From Solirubrobacteraceae bacterium (GTDB lineage: Bacteria > Actinomycetota > Thermoleophilia > Solirubrobacterales > Solirubrobacteraceae), in assembly GCA_030690545.1 (NCBI GenBank), contig JAUYGN010000079.1, positions 39,386 to 103,385 on the forward strand: a DNA stretch of 64,000 nucleotides. Direction: 5' to 3'. Below are positions 21,817 to 31,404 of the stretch, piece by piece (positions within the stretch are counted from its first letter, which is position 1; the number at the start of each line of letters is the position of its first letter). The position numbers were made by a program, and so were the translations under genes. The notes below the pieces were generated by a model. It saw only the letters and a list, made by a program, of their open reading frames with translations. It was not told the DNA's origin and did not search any database.

Positions 21817-22479
21817 TCAGGCGGAGCGCGGCTTCGTCAGGCCGACGTCGTAGGCGAGCACGACGGCCTGGACGCGATCGCGCAGGCCGAGCTTGCGCAG
21901 CACCGAGGAGACGTGCGTCTTGACCGTCGCCTCGGTGAGCACGAGCCGCTGCGCGATCTCCGCGTTCGTCAGCGCGAGCGCGACGAGTCGCAGCACCTCG
22001 ACCTCGCGCTCGGTCAGCTCGTCGAGGTCGGGCGGCGGCGGCGCGTCGGCGCCCGGCAGCGCGTCGGCGAAGCGGTCGATCAGCCGCCGCGTGACCGACG
22101 GCGCGAGCAGCGCGTCGCCGCGGGCGACGACGTGGATCGCGTCGACGAGCTCGGCTGGGCGGACGTCCTTGAGCATGAACCCGCTCGCCCCGGCGCGCAG
22201 CGCCGCGTAGACGTAGTCGTCGATGTCGTACGTCGTCAGCACGATGACGCGCGCCGCGCTGCCGGCGGCGACGATCCGGCGCGTCGCCTCGAGGCCGTCG
22301 ACCTCGGGCATGCGCACGTCCATCAGGACGACGTCGGGGTCCAGCTGCGCGACGAGCGCCACCGCCTCGCCGCCGTCTCCTGCCTCGCCGACGACCTCGA
22401 CGTCGGGCTTCGCGTCGAGGATCATCCGAAAGCCGCCGCGCACGAGCTCCTGGTCATCGGCGATCACGACGCGGATCAT
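21817..22479 (-). CDS. NarL/LuxR family response regulator
   Basis: VVIADDQ, LMDVRMP, LTEREVEVL, TVKTHV. Confidence 0.95.
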   Translation of the reverse strand: MIRVVIADDQELVRGGFRMILDAKPDVEVVGEAGDGGEAVALVAQLDPDVVLMDVRMPEVDGLEATRRIVAAGSAARVIVLTTYDIDDYVYAALRAGASGFMLKDVRPAELVDAIHVVARGDALLAPSVTRRLIDRFADALPGADAPPPPDLDELTEREVEVLRLVALALTNAEIAQRLVLTEATVKTHVSSVLRKLGLRDRVQAVVLAYDVGLTKPRSA

Positions 22480-23588
22480 CGCCGCGCTCCGGATTCGTCG
22501 AGCGGGAGGCGGGCACGGACGCGAAAGCCGCCGCCGGGCGTCGAGCGGGCCTCGAACGTGCCGCCCAGCATCGTCGCGCGCTCGCGCATCCCCGTGATCC
22601 CGCGGCCGCTGTCGTTCGCCTGCCCGGCGGGCGCGCCACGGCCGTCGTCGCGGATCTCGAGCTCGAGCACGCCGTCCGCGGCGCGCACCGACACGTCGAC
22701 GCGCCGCGCGGAGGCGTGGCGCAGCGTGTTCGTCAGCGCCTCCTGGAGGATCCGGTAGGCGCACAGGTCGACGCCCACCGGGAGCGTCGGCGCGGCGGTG
22801 CGATCGTCGCGTACGACGACGTCGAGCCCGGCGGCGCGCAGCGAGCCGGCAAGCTCGTCGAGCCGGTCGAGGCCGGGGTGCGGGCGCAGGGGATCGCCAT
22901 CGTCGCCGTCGGAGCCCACGGCGACGAGCAGCCGGCGCAGCTCGACGAGCGCCTCGCGCCCGGCGCCCTCGATCGAGCGCAGCGCGCGGCGAGCTTGGTC
23001 GGGGTGCTCGTCGAAGACGTCGTCGGCGGCAGCCGCCTGGACGACGATGACCGAGACGCTGTGGGCGATGACGTCGTGCAGCTCGCGCGCGATCCGCGCC
23101 TGCTCCTCGCCGACCGCGCGGCGCGACGCCTCGCCGATCGCCGCGCGGCGGCTGCGCGCGGCCTCCCCGAGCGCCCAGGCGACGACCGGGAAGATCATCA
23201 CGAACGTCGCATCGTCCTGCGCGGCGGTGAGGTAGTTCAGCGCCGTCAGCGCGGCGAGCGCGGCGAGCGCGAGCAGCGAGACGCGCGGCGGCCGGGCGGC
23301 GGCGAGCGCGAAGATCGCGACGAGCCCGGCGAACGGGAACATGCCGTCGGGCGCGAGCGCCCAGATGACGAGGCCGCCGGCGAGCGCGATCGCCATGACG
23401 ACCTGCGGATGCGAGCGACGCCACCAGAGCGCTGCGCCCTGGATCGCGCCGGCGAGCATCCCGAGCAGCGTCTCGATGGCGGACAGGCCGGTCGCGTCCT
23501 CGACGAGTGCCATGAGGAACAGGGCGACGACGAGCGGGACCGCGATGTCGGCCGCCTGCCTGAGCCGCCTGCGCTCGATGTTGCGCAC
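22476..23588 (-). CDS. Sensor histidine kinase (HisKA_3)
   Basis: RIARELHDVIAH, QEALTNTLRH, DDGRG, GRGITGMRER. Confidence 0.93.
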   Translation of the reverse strand: MRNIERRRLRQAADIAVPLVVALFLMALVEDATGLSAIETLLGMLAGAIQGAALWWRRSHPQVVMAIALAGGLVIWALAPDGMFPFAGLVAIFALAAARPPRVSLLALAALAALTALNYLTAAQDDATFVMIFPVVAWALGEAARSRRAAIGEASRRAVGEEQARIARELHDVIAHSVSVIVVQAAAADDVFDEHPDQARRALRSIEGAGREALVELRRLLVAVGSDGDDGDPLRPHPGLDRLDELAGSLRAAGLDVVVRDDRTAAPTLPVGVDLCAYRILQEALTNTLRHASARRVDVSVRAADGVLELEIRDDGRGAPAGQANDSGRGITGMRERATMLGGTFEARSTPGGGFRVRARLPLDESGARR

Positions 23589-23632
23589 GCGCGCAGTGTC
23601 GCCGATCGCCGCCCGGCGTACGATCCGCACCG

Positions 23633-24751
23633 GTGAGCGCCGACGTCCTCAGCCCACGCGCGCTGAACCGGGCGACGCTCGCTCGCCAGCTGCTGCTCGA
23701 GCGGTCCGATGGGAGCGTGCTCGCGACGGTCGAGCAGCTCGTCGGCATGCAGGCGCAGATCCCGCACGACCCGTACCTCGGGCTCTGGTCGCGCCTGGAC
23801 GGGTTCGCGCCCGAGGAGCTCTCGCGCCTGTTGCTCGACCGCGCGGTCGTGCGGATCGTCGTCATGCGCGCGACGATCCACCTCGTCAGCGTCGACGACT
23901 GCCTGACGCTGCGCCCGCTCATGCAGCCCGTGCTCGACGCCGAGCTGCGCCGCCACCCGCAGTACGGGCCGCCGCTGCGCGGCGTCGACATGGAGCCCGT
24001 GCTCGCGTCCGCGCGCACCTTGCTCGCGCAGGCGCCGCGGACGGGCACGCAGCTGCGCGCCGCGCTCGCCGAGCGCTTCCCGCAGCACGACGCGGCCGCG
24101 CTCGCCTACGCCTGTCGCAACCTGCTGGCCTTCGTCCAGGTCCCGCCGCGCGGCGTCTGGGGCAAGACGCTGCAGGTCACGTCGACGACGGCGGAGGCCT
24201 GGCTCGGCCGGCCGCTGGATCCCGCGCCGTCGATCGACGACGTCGTGCTGCGCTACCTCGGCGCGTTCGGCCCGGCGACGGTGGCGGACATCGCGAGCTG
24301 GTCGCGACTGACCGGAATGCGCGCGGTCGTCGACCGCCTGCGCCCGCGGCTGCGGACGTTCGCCGACGAGCGCGGCCGCGAGCTGCTCGACCTGCCCGAC
24401 GCGCCGCGACCGGACGCCGACGTGCCGGCGCCGCCGCGCTTCCTGCCCGAGTACGACAACGTCCTGCTCTCGCACGCCGACCGTGCGCGCTTCTTCTCGC
24501 CCGAGCAGCGCGGCCGGCTCGGATCGGGCGGGCACGCGATCCGCGGCACGCTGCTCGTCGACGGCGTCGGCCGTGCGACGTGGCGGATCGAGCGTTCCGG
24601 GCGTGACGCCGCGACGCTGCTCGTCGACCACGTCGATGCGTTTGCTGCTGACGAAGCCGAAGCGATCGTCGGCGAGGGCGCGCGCATGCTGCGGCTCCTC
24701 GAACCGCGCCGGTCGTCGTTTGACGTGCGTCTCGCGCCGGTCGACCGCTGA
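23633..24751 (+). CDS. HTH_42 winged-helix DNA glycosylase, AlkZ-like
   Basis: LNRATLARQLLL, GMQAQ, MRATIH, RYLGAFGPAT, RFLPEYDNVLL. Confidence 0.88.
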   Translation: MSADVLSPRALNRATLARQLLLERSDGSVLATVEQLVGMQAQIPHDPYLGLWSRLDGFAPEELSRLLLDRAVVRIVVMRATIHLVSVDDCLTLRPLMQPVLDAELRRHPQYGPPLRGVDMEPVLASARTLLAQAPRTGTQLRAALAERFPQHDAAALAYACRNLLAFVQVPPRGVWGKTLQVTSTTAEAWLGRPLDPAPSIDDVVLRYLGAFGPATVADIASWSRLTGMRAVVDRLRPRLRTFADERGRELLDLPDAPRPDADVPAPPRFLPEYDNVLLSHADRARFFSPEQRGRLGSGGHAIRGTLLVDGVGRATWRIERSGRDAATLLVDHVDAFAADEAEAIVGEGARMLRLLEPRRSSFDVRLAPVDR

Positions 24752-24858
24752 GCTGCCGCCTGGCTGCGACCCGGGCGCGGCCGCCGGCTTGAGCGCATCG
24801 TCACGGAGGATCGATCGGTGACGACCTCACGGGCTGCTGCCGGCGGACCGGCGCCGGG

Positions 24859-25647
24859 TCAGCGGCGCGCCGCCAGCTCGATCGCCTCCGCGACGCCCTC
24901 GGCGATGCGCCGCGGCCGCGGACCGATCCCGACCACCTTCGAGAGATCGCCGCGCGGATCGACCTCGAGCACCTTGGCCCCGGCGTCGACGGGCACCCCG
25001 TCATGGACGAGCCCGCGCAGGATGCCGTCCAGTGGCGCCAGCAGCGGCTCGTCGCCGATCGTCGCGACCGTCTCCCCCGCCGCGACGCGCTGCGCGATCA
25101 CGGCGCGCGTCCGCATGACGCCCGCCGCCGGCGCGTAGACGAAGCGATCGCGCGCGTGTCCCTCGAAGCTGCGCGGCTCGCCGCCGAGCGGCTTCGTCGG
25201 ACCGTCCGTCACGACCGTGCCGAGCTCGTCGCCCCATTGCGTCTCGATCGCGAGGTCGGTGGTCGCGCCGGCGACGAAGTTCGGCCCCAGGCCGATCGTC
25301 AGCGGCGCGAGGCCACGCTGCTCGCCGGGCTGCGCGCGCTTGCGCATGCGCGCGTCGACGAGGACGTCGGGCCGCAGCGCGGCGACCACGTCGCCGAGCT
25401 CCTCGGTCGTGACGAGCACCTCGTCACGATGCGGCCGGCGCAGCTCGGCGAGCGCGCCGACGCGCCGCGCGCGGACGCCGGCCAGCTCGCAGGCACCGTC
25501 GAAGACCGCGTCGGCGAAGGCCATCCCGCGGCGCGGCGCGGCGGGCAGCGCGACATCGTTGATGACGACCTCGTGTCCGTCGCCCAGCAGCAGGTGGGCA
25601 ACGGCCGAGCCGATGTCGCCGCAGCCCCGGACGAGGACGCGAGCCAC
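24859..25647 (-). CDS. yqeB: YqeB-like molybdenum hydroxylase accessory protein
   Basis: VLVRGCGDIGSAVA, RRGMAF, VDARMRK, IGLGPNF, GILRGL, KVLEVDPRG. Confidence 0.8.
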   Translation of the reverse strand: MARVLVRGCGDIGSAVAHLLLGDGHEVVINDVALPAAPRRGMAFADAVFDGACELAGVRARRVGALAELRRPHRDEVLVTTEELGDVVAALRPDVLVDARMRKRAQPGEQRGLAPLTIGLGPNFVAGATTDLAIETQWGDELGTVVTDGPTKPLGGEPRSFEGHARDRFVYAPAAGVMRTRAVIAQRVAAGETVATIGDEPLLAPLDGILRGLVHDGVPVDAGAKVLEVDPRGDLSKVVGIGPRPRRIAEGVAEAIELAARR

Positions 25648-25686
25648 GGCGCTGCCGTCAGAGGGGCGACATTCGTGGACGGCTCA

Positions 25687-26904
25687 CTACCCGACGAACT
25701 CGATGTCGACCGGCTCTCCCGCGCGCAGGACCTCGCAGTCCTCGGGAACGAGCGCGATCACCGGCACGCCGAGCATCGAGGTGAGGATGTGCGAGCGCTG
25801 ATCGCCGTTGGGGGTCACGTGCCAGCCGTCGTCGTGCATCTCCGCGTGGCAGCGGATGACCGAGGTGCGGCCGATCGTGCCGGGCAGATCGGTCTCCGCG
25901 AAGCCGCGCGCCGTGTGCAGCGTCAGGCTGCGGCCGAGCATCCCGTAGATCGCCGGCACGACGAGCACGCGAAAGGCCGTCAGCGCTGACGCCGGGTTGC
26001 CGGGCAGCGCGAAGGCGAGCGTGCCGTCGGGCGCGACGTAGAAGCAGACCTGCCCGCCGGGCTTGAGGCTGACGCGGCAGAAGACCTGCTCGGCGCCGAG
26101 CTGCTCGAGTGCGGGCCGGACGTGATCGTGCGGGCCGACCGACACGCCGCCGACCGTCGCGACGATGTCCGCGCCGTCGATCGCGCCCTCGAGCGTCGCG
26201 ACCGTCGCGCCGCGGTCGTCGCCGACGCGTACGTTCGTGACGGTCTGCGCCCCGGCCGCGCGGACGGCGGCCGTCAGCGCGGGCGCGTTGGCGTCGCGGA
26301 TCTGGCCCGGCTGCAGCACGGGTCCCGGGGAGACGAGCTCGTCGCCCGTGCTGACGAGCGCGATCCGCGGCTGGCGCACGACGACGGGCCGCGCGATGTT
26401 CACCGCGGCGAGCGCGCCGATCTCGGCCGAGCCGAGCAGCGTGCCAGCGTGCAGGATGATCTCGCCCGCGCGGATGTCCTCGCCCGCGTAGCGCACGTCG
26501 TTGCCGGCCGTGACCTCCTCGTTGACGATCACCGCGCCGTCCTCGATCTCAGTCAGCTCCTGGCGCACGACTGCGTCGGCGCCGCGGGGCACGACGGCGC
26601 CGGTCGACACCCGGATCGCCGTCCCGTGCTCGACGGGCACCTGCGCGAGCATGCCCGCGCGCGACTCGCCGACGATCTTCAGGGCGACGGGAGCGTCGTC
26701 GGTGTCGGTCGCGATGACCGCGAAGCCGTCCATGCCCGACGAGTCGAACGGCGGCAGGTCGCTCGGCACGATCGCGTCCTGCGCGAGCACGCGGCCGAGC
26801 GCGTCGTCGAGCGCGATCTCCTCGCCGGGCAGGCGCACGAGCCGCTCGCCCACGAGCCGCCTGGCCTCCTCGATCGAGATTCGCTTCGGTTCGACGGCGC
26901 TCAC
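25687..26904 (-). CDS. moeA: Molybdopterin molybdotransferase
   Basis: GRVLAQD, PPFDSSGMDGFA, STGDEL, GGVSVG, LPGNP. Confidence 0.93.
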   Translation of the reverse strand: MSAVEPKRISIEEARRLVGERLVRLPGEEIALDDALGRVLAQDAIVPSDLPPFDSSGMDGFAVIATDTDDAPVALKIVGESRAGMLAQVPVEHGTAIRVSTGAVVPRGADAVVRQELTEIEDGAVIVNEEVTAGNDVRYAGEDIRAGEIILHAGTLLGSAEIGALAAVNIARPVVVRQPRIALVSTGDELVSPGPVLQPGQIRDANAPALTAAVRAAGAQTVTNVRVGDDRGATVATLEGAIDGADIVATVGGVSVGPHDHVRPALEQLGAEQVFCRVSLKPGGQVCFYVAPDGTLAFALPGNPASALTAFRVLVVPAIYGMLGRSLTLHTARGFAETDLPGTIGRTSVIRCHAEMHDDGWHVTPNGDQRSHILTSMLGVPVIALVPEDCEVLRAGEPVDIEFVG

Positions 26905-26990
26905 CGCGCGCACGCTATCGAAGCGCGATGCCTGCGATCGCGCCAGCAACGCGGAGCATCGCTCGGCGATACGTACACTCGGATCCGACC

Positions 26991-27305
26991 ATGATCGTCT
27001 ACCACGGGACCACCGTCGACTGTCGCGAAGGGATCATCGCCGAGGGCCTGCGACCGGGCTCGTACGTCGCCCCGAACATCGCGCTGTCGCGCGACTACGC
27101 CTACGACCGAGCGATCACGCTCGGCGCCGATGCCTGCGTCGTGTTCGAGCTCGACGTGCCGGACGCGATGATCGCCAAGGTCGAGGCCTGGTGGTGGACC
27201 GGCGAGCAGCTGCTGCTGCCGCTCGGCTGCCCGCCGTCGTGCATCGTCTCGATCGACGACTCCGACCCGCGGCCCTACCAGGCCGTCGAGAGCGACCCGT
27301 CGTGA
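26991..27305 (+). CDS. Small ADP-ribosyltransferase-fold protein (Tpt1/Arr-like lobe)
   Basis: VYHGT...IIAEGLRP..YV...DYA...VVFELDV...CPPSCI. Confidence 0.6.
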   Translation: MIVYHGTTVDCREGIIAEGLRPGSYVAPNIALSRDYAYDRAITLGADACVVFELDVPDAMIAKVEAWWWTGEQLLLPLGCPPSCIVSIDDSDPRPYQAVESDPS

Positions 27306-27309
27306 GCCG

Positions 27310-27705
27310 CTAGGCGGCGCGCAGCGCGAAGCGCCGGTCGGCATGCTCGCGCGCGACGAGCACGACCTGGAGGTCGTCGTCGGCGATGCGGATGAAGTGC
27401 GACGCGTTGAGCGCGCGCTGGAGCTCGCGTCGCAGGAGCTCGCTCGTCTGCTGGTCGGTCAGCTCGGGCATCGACTCGTCGAGCTCGAGCAGCACCGTGT
27501 AGCGCGCGATGCGCTCCTGTAGCCGCTCGCGCGCCTGCACGTCGACGACGATGTCGCCGTCGCTGAGGGCGCTGAGGTACGACGCGTTGAGGGCGAGCGC
27601 GAACTCGCTGCGCAGCAGCGCGTTCGCACGGGCCTCCCCGAGCGCGGCGTCGCGCTCCGGGATGTCGAGGTACAGCGTGTAGCGCGTGGTGGTCTGGGGG
27701 TGCAT
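27310..27705 (-). CDS. Hypothetical protein with internal tandem duplication
   Basis: Two about 60-aa units RYT....LLR.E...ALNAS....D.D. Confidence 0.75.
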   Translation of the reverse strand: MHPQTTTRYTLYLDIPERDAALGEARANALLRSEFALALNASYLSALSDGDIVVDVQARERLQERIARYTVLLELDESMPELTDQQTSELLRRELQRALNASHFIRIADDDLQVVLVAREHADRRFALRAA

Positions 27706-27932
27706 CGTGGCCTTCGGTTCGGGGAAGCTTGCGTCACTCGGCGCGTGCGGACGGTCTCACGGGCCTATGACAACGCCCGCGACGACCGTGAGTTGCGCGG
27801 GCGATCCTTCGGCTCGCGGATGGACAATGCACATCCGCCCAGCGCCCGCCCGCGCGGACGCTCCGCCGCTCACTATAGAAGCCCGCGCGGCGGCTGCTTG
27901 ACAGGACGGCGCCCGAGGGGCACGATCATCCG

Positions 27933-28172
27933 GTGCCGATCTACGACTACTCCTGCAGCACCTGCGACGTGCGCTTCGAAGAGCTCGTTCGCTCCGATGC
28001 TCCGTCACCACCGTGCCCGACCTGCGGCGCGGAGCAGACCGAGCGTCTCCTGTCGACCTTCCTGACGCCGAACATGGCCTCGGGCCAGCGACACTTCCAG
28101 CGCGATGTCGGTGCCGCGATGGCCTCGATGGGCTGCTGCGGCGGGGGCGGCTGCGGTACCCACGCCGGGTAG
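27933..28172 (+). CDS. FmdB family zinc-ribbon protein
   Basis: MPIYDYSCSTC..FE...CPTCG, Cys/Gly-rich tail. Confidence 0.9.
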   Translation: MPIYDYSCSTCDVRFEELVRSDAPSPPCPTCGAEQTERLLSTFLTPNMASGQRHFQRDVGAAMASMGCCGGGGCGTHAG

Positions 28173-28202
28173 CGCCCCGACCGCTCCGACAGGAGCATCC
28201 CG

Positions 28203-29180
28203 ATGACCGTCGATCTCGCGGAGCTGCGTCCCGAGGCGATCGAGGCGGCTGAGGCTCGGGCACTGGAGCTGCTCGCCGACGGGCAGGGCGACGAGGCGGT
28301 CTCGCTGCTGCGCGCGATCGTCCACCGCGCGGTCACCAAGCACGGCGACGAAAGCGTGCTGACCGGGATGGCGCAGTCGGGGCTCGCCGACATGCTGCGC
28401 CGCACGGGCGCACCGGAGGCTGACCAGCTCGGCTGCCTGACGGACGCGATCAAGGCGTTCTCGGCCTCCGTCGGGCCGACGGACGCACGGACGACGTCGG
28501 CCTTCACCCGGCTCGCCCACGTCGCGCTCGCCGCCCAGGCCGTCGAGATCGCCGTCACCGCCGGGATGCAGGCACTCGCAGGCCTGCAGGCCCGCGGCGA
28601 GGACGAGACGCCAGTCGCCGGGGGCATCTACGCGGCCCTCGCGATGGCCGCCGCGGCGCGCCGCTCGCCGGCCGCTCCGGGGGCGGCGGAGCGCGCCTAC
28701 CGCTTCACGCAGGACGCCGGCGGCGACGATGCCGATCGCCGGCGGGCCCTCGCGGCCTGGCGGTCGCTCGGCCACCCACGGCGACTGACCGTCAACGACG
28801 CGCTGTCGCTCGTCGCCTTCGGCACGCCGCCCGCGGTCGTCGTCGAGCTCGACCACGTCGCGGACGACGGCGCGCTCGATCAGCACAACCATGCGCTGGC
28901 GCTCGACGCCGCGCGCGACCTGCGGGCGCGGATCGGTGCGCCCCCCTTCGCCTGGCGCGCGTCCTCGAGCGGCTTCGAGGTCGTCAGCAGGTCGGGCGGC
29001 AGCGCGGTCGTGCGCTTCGGACCGCAGGTCGAGCTCGCGCTCGACGCCGGCGAGCTGGACGGCCTGCGCACCGCGCTCGGTGACGCGCTGTCGGGCACGA
29101 GCGCCGCGGACGAGCCGGGCCGCAACGCCCCCTGCCCGTGTGGGTCGGGGCAGAAGCACAAGCGCTGCTGCGGCAGTTGA
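28203..29180 (+). CDS. TPR-like protein with C-terminal SEC-C motif
   Basis: Helical repeats; GRNAPCPCGSGQKHKRCCG. Confidence 0.8.
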   Translation: MTVDLAELRPEAIEAAEARALELLADGQGDEAVSLLRAIVHRAVTKHGDESVLTGMAQSGLADMLRRTGAPEADQLGCLTDAIKAFSASVGPTDARTTSAFTRLAHVALAAQAVEIAVTAGMQALAGLQARGEDETPVAGGIYAALAMAAAARRSPAAPGAAERAYRFTQDAGGDDADRRRALAAWRSLGHPRRLTVNDALSLVAFGTPPAVVVELDHVADDGALDQHNHALALDAARDLRARIGAPPFAWRASSSGFEVVSRSGGSAVVRFGPQVELALDAGELDGLRTALGDALSGTSAADEPGRNAPCPCGSGQKHKRCCGS

Positions 29181-29231
29181 ACGGCTGAAGGCAGGCGATC
29201 AACGGGCGGCGGGCACCGTGCTCGTTGCACA

Positions 29232-29245
29232 TTAGGGTACCCTAA
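29232..29245. promoter_or_regulatory. DtxR/SirR/MntR-type operator TTAGGGTACCCTAA
   Basis: Perfect 14-bp palindrome just upstream of the iron-siderophore ABC operon. Confidence 0.75.
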
Positions 29246-29277
29246 CTCGCCGTGTACGCCTGCGCCGACCGTGGAGA

Positions 29278-30333
29278 ATGATGCTCGCCACCCAGCCCCG
29301 CCGCCCTCACCGTCGCAGGCAGCTGGCCGCCGCCGTCGCGGCCGCCGTCCTCGCAGTCGGGCTCGCCGCCTGCGGGAGCGCCGGCGACGACGCGTCCCCG
29401 AGCGCCGTCGCCGCCGATCAAGCCGCCTTCCCGGCCACGATCGCCCACAAGTACGGCACGACGACGATTCCCGCCGAGCCCAAGCGCGTCGTCACGATCG
29501 GCTACACCGACCACGACTACGTGCTCGCCCTCGGCGTCACGCCGGTCGGCGTGCGCGACTGGTTCGGCGATCGTCCGAACGCGACCTGGGCCTGGGCGCA
29601 GGACGCGCTCGGCGACGCGAAGCCCGAGGTCCTGCCGTCCGGGGAGCTGAACTTCGAGCAGATCGCATCGCTGCGCCCCGACCTCATCCTCGGCGTCTAC
29701 TCGGGGATCAAGAGGTCCGACTACACGCGCCTCTCGAAGCTCGCGCCGACCGTCACGCAGACCGACGCGCAGATCGACTACGGCATGCCGTGGCAGGACC
29801 AGCTGCGGATCACGGGCCGCGCGCTGGGTCGCTCCGAGCGCGCCGAGGAGCTCGTCACCGAGCTCGAGGCGAGCTTCGCCAAGGCCCGCGAGGACCATCC
29901 GGAGTTCGACGGCGCAAGCGCCGTGTTCGCCGCCTTCTACCAGGGCTTCGCCGCCTATGCCGGCGACGACCCGCGCCCGCGATTCCTGCGCGCGCTCGGC
30001 CTGAAGACCGCCCCGGAGATCGACAAGCGCGCCGGCGACAGCTTCTTCGTCGACATCAGCAACGAGCGGCTGCGCGAGATCGACAAGGACGTCGTCGTCA
30101 TGTACGGACCGACGAGGGCCGACCGCGAGCAGGTCCTCGACAACCCGCTGTACAAGCGCCTGAACGCCGTCAAGGAGGGCCGCGACGTCTACCTCGACGG
30201 CGAAGACGACCTCACGGGAGCACTGTCGTTCAGCAGCCCGCTGAGCATCCCCTATGCGCTCGCCGAGCTCGTCCCCAGGCTGGCGGCGGCGATCGACGGC
30301 GACCCGGAGACGCGCGTGCCCGAGGCGCGCTGA
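29278..30333 (+). CDS. Iron-siderophore ABC substrate-binding lipoprotein
   Basis: LAAC lipobox, FPATIAHKYGTTTI..PKRVV, NFEQIASLRPDLI. Confidence 0.93.
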   Translation: MMLATQPRRPHRRRQLAAAVAAAVLAVGLAACGSAGDDASPSAVAADQAAFPATIAHKYGTTTIPAEPKRVVTIGYTDHDYVLALGVTPVGVRDWFGDRPNATWAWAQDALGDAKPEVLPSGELNFEQIASLRPDLILGVYSGIKRSDYTRLSKLAPTVTQTDAQIDYGMPWQDQLRITGRALGRSERAEELVTELEASFAKAREDHPEFDGASAVFAAFYQGFAAYAGDDPRPRFLRALGLKTAPEIDKRAGDSFFVDISNERLREIDKDVVVMYGPTRADREQVLDNPLYKRLNAVKEGRDVYLDGEDDLTGALSFSSPLSIPYALAELVPRLAAAIDGDPETRVPEAR

Positions 30334-31404
30334 ATGACGCAGGGGGCGGTCGAGCCCCGCGCCAGCACACCCCCGGCGACGGCGCGATCGCGGACGGCGC
30401 TGCTGCCGTCCGCCCGCGGCCGCGTCCTCGGGCTCTGCGCAGCCCTCGTCGCGCTGCTGGCCTGTGCCGTCGGGTCGCTGGCGATCGGATCGCTGGGCAT
30501 CCCGATCGGCGAGGTGCTCGCGGCGTTCACGGCCTTCGACGACTCCGACGCGCACGTCATCGTCACCGAGCTGCGCCTGCCGCGCACGCTGATCGGACTC
30601 GTCGTCGGCGGTGCGCTCGGCGCGGCCGGCGCGCTCATGCAGGGCGTCACGCGCAACCCGCTCGCCGAGCCGGGAATCCTCGGCATCAACGCCGGCGCGT
30701 CGTTCGCGGTCGTGCTCGCGATCTTCGTGCTCGGCGTCTCGTCGGTCGCGCTGTACGCATGGTTCGCCCTGCTCGGCGCGGGCCTCGCCGCGCTGATGCT
30801 CTATGCCCTCGCCGGAGCGGGGCGCGGCGGCGCCACGCCGATCAAGCTCGCGCTGTCGGGAGCCGTGCTGAACGCGCTGCTCGTGGCCCTGACGAGCGCG
30901 GTGCTGACCTTCGACACCGAGACCCTGGAGCAGTTTCGCTTCTGGATCGTCGGCTCGATCGCCGGACGCGACACGGGCGTCCTGCTGTCGGTCGCTCCGT
31001 TCCTCGGCGCCGGGCTGATCATCGCCCTGCTCGCCGGCCGGCGGCTGAACGCGCTGGCGCTCGGCGAGGACGTCGCCCGGTCGCTGGGGCAGAGCGTCGG
31101 CCGCACCCGGGCGGCGTCCGGCGCCGGCTTCGTGCTGCTTGCCGGCGGGGCCGTCGCGGCCGCGGGACCGATCAGCTTCGTCGGCCTGACCGTCCCCCAC
31201 GTCGCCCGCGCGCTCGTCGGTCCCGACTACCGCTGGATCGTGCCGTACAGCATCGTGCTGGGCGCGATCCTGCTGCTGATCAGCGACGTCCTGGGGCGTG
31301 TCGCCGCACCGCCCGGCGAGCTGCAGGTGGGGATCGTCACCGCGATCCTCGGCGCGCCGTTCTTCATCTGGCTCGTGCGACGGCGCAGGCTGGCGTCGCT
31401 GTGA
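30334..31404 (+). CDS. FecCD family permease
   Basis: [36 protein letters not shown]. Confidence 0.94.
   Translation: MTQGAVEPRASTPPATARSRTALLPSARGRVLGLCAALVALLACAVGSLAIGSLGIPIGEVLAAFTAFDDSDAHVIVTELRLPRTLIGLVVGGALGAAGALMQGVTRNPLAEPGILGINAGASFAVVLAIFVLGVSSVALYAWFALLGAGLAALMLYALAGAGRGGATPIKLALSGAVLNALLVALTSAVLTFDTETLEQFRFWIVGSIAGRDTGVLLSVAPFLGAGLIIALLAGRRLNALALGEDVARSLGQSVGRTRAASGAGFVLLAGGAVAAAGPISFVGLTVPHVARALVGPDYRWIVPYSIVLGAILLLISDVLGRVAAPPGELQVGIVTAILGAPFFIWLVRRRRLASL

Noticed and set aside
24820..24861. Selenocysteine read-through at the yqeB TGA
   Set aside because: The protein appears complete at the stop, and no convincing SECIS or conserved downstream extension is visible
27715..27790. 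c-di-GMP-I riboswitch (GACGCAAGC-like motif on the minus strand)
   Set aside because: The GGCAAA/GNRA P2 elements and receptor are not evident; kept only as a generic structured leader
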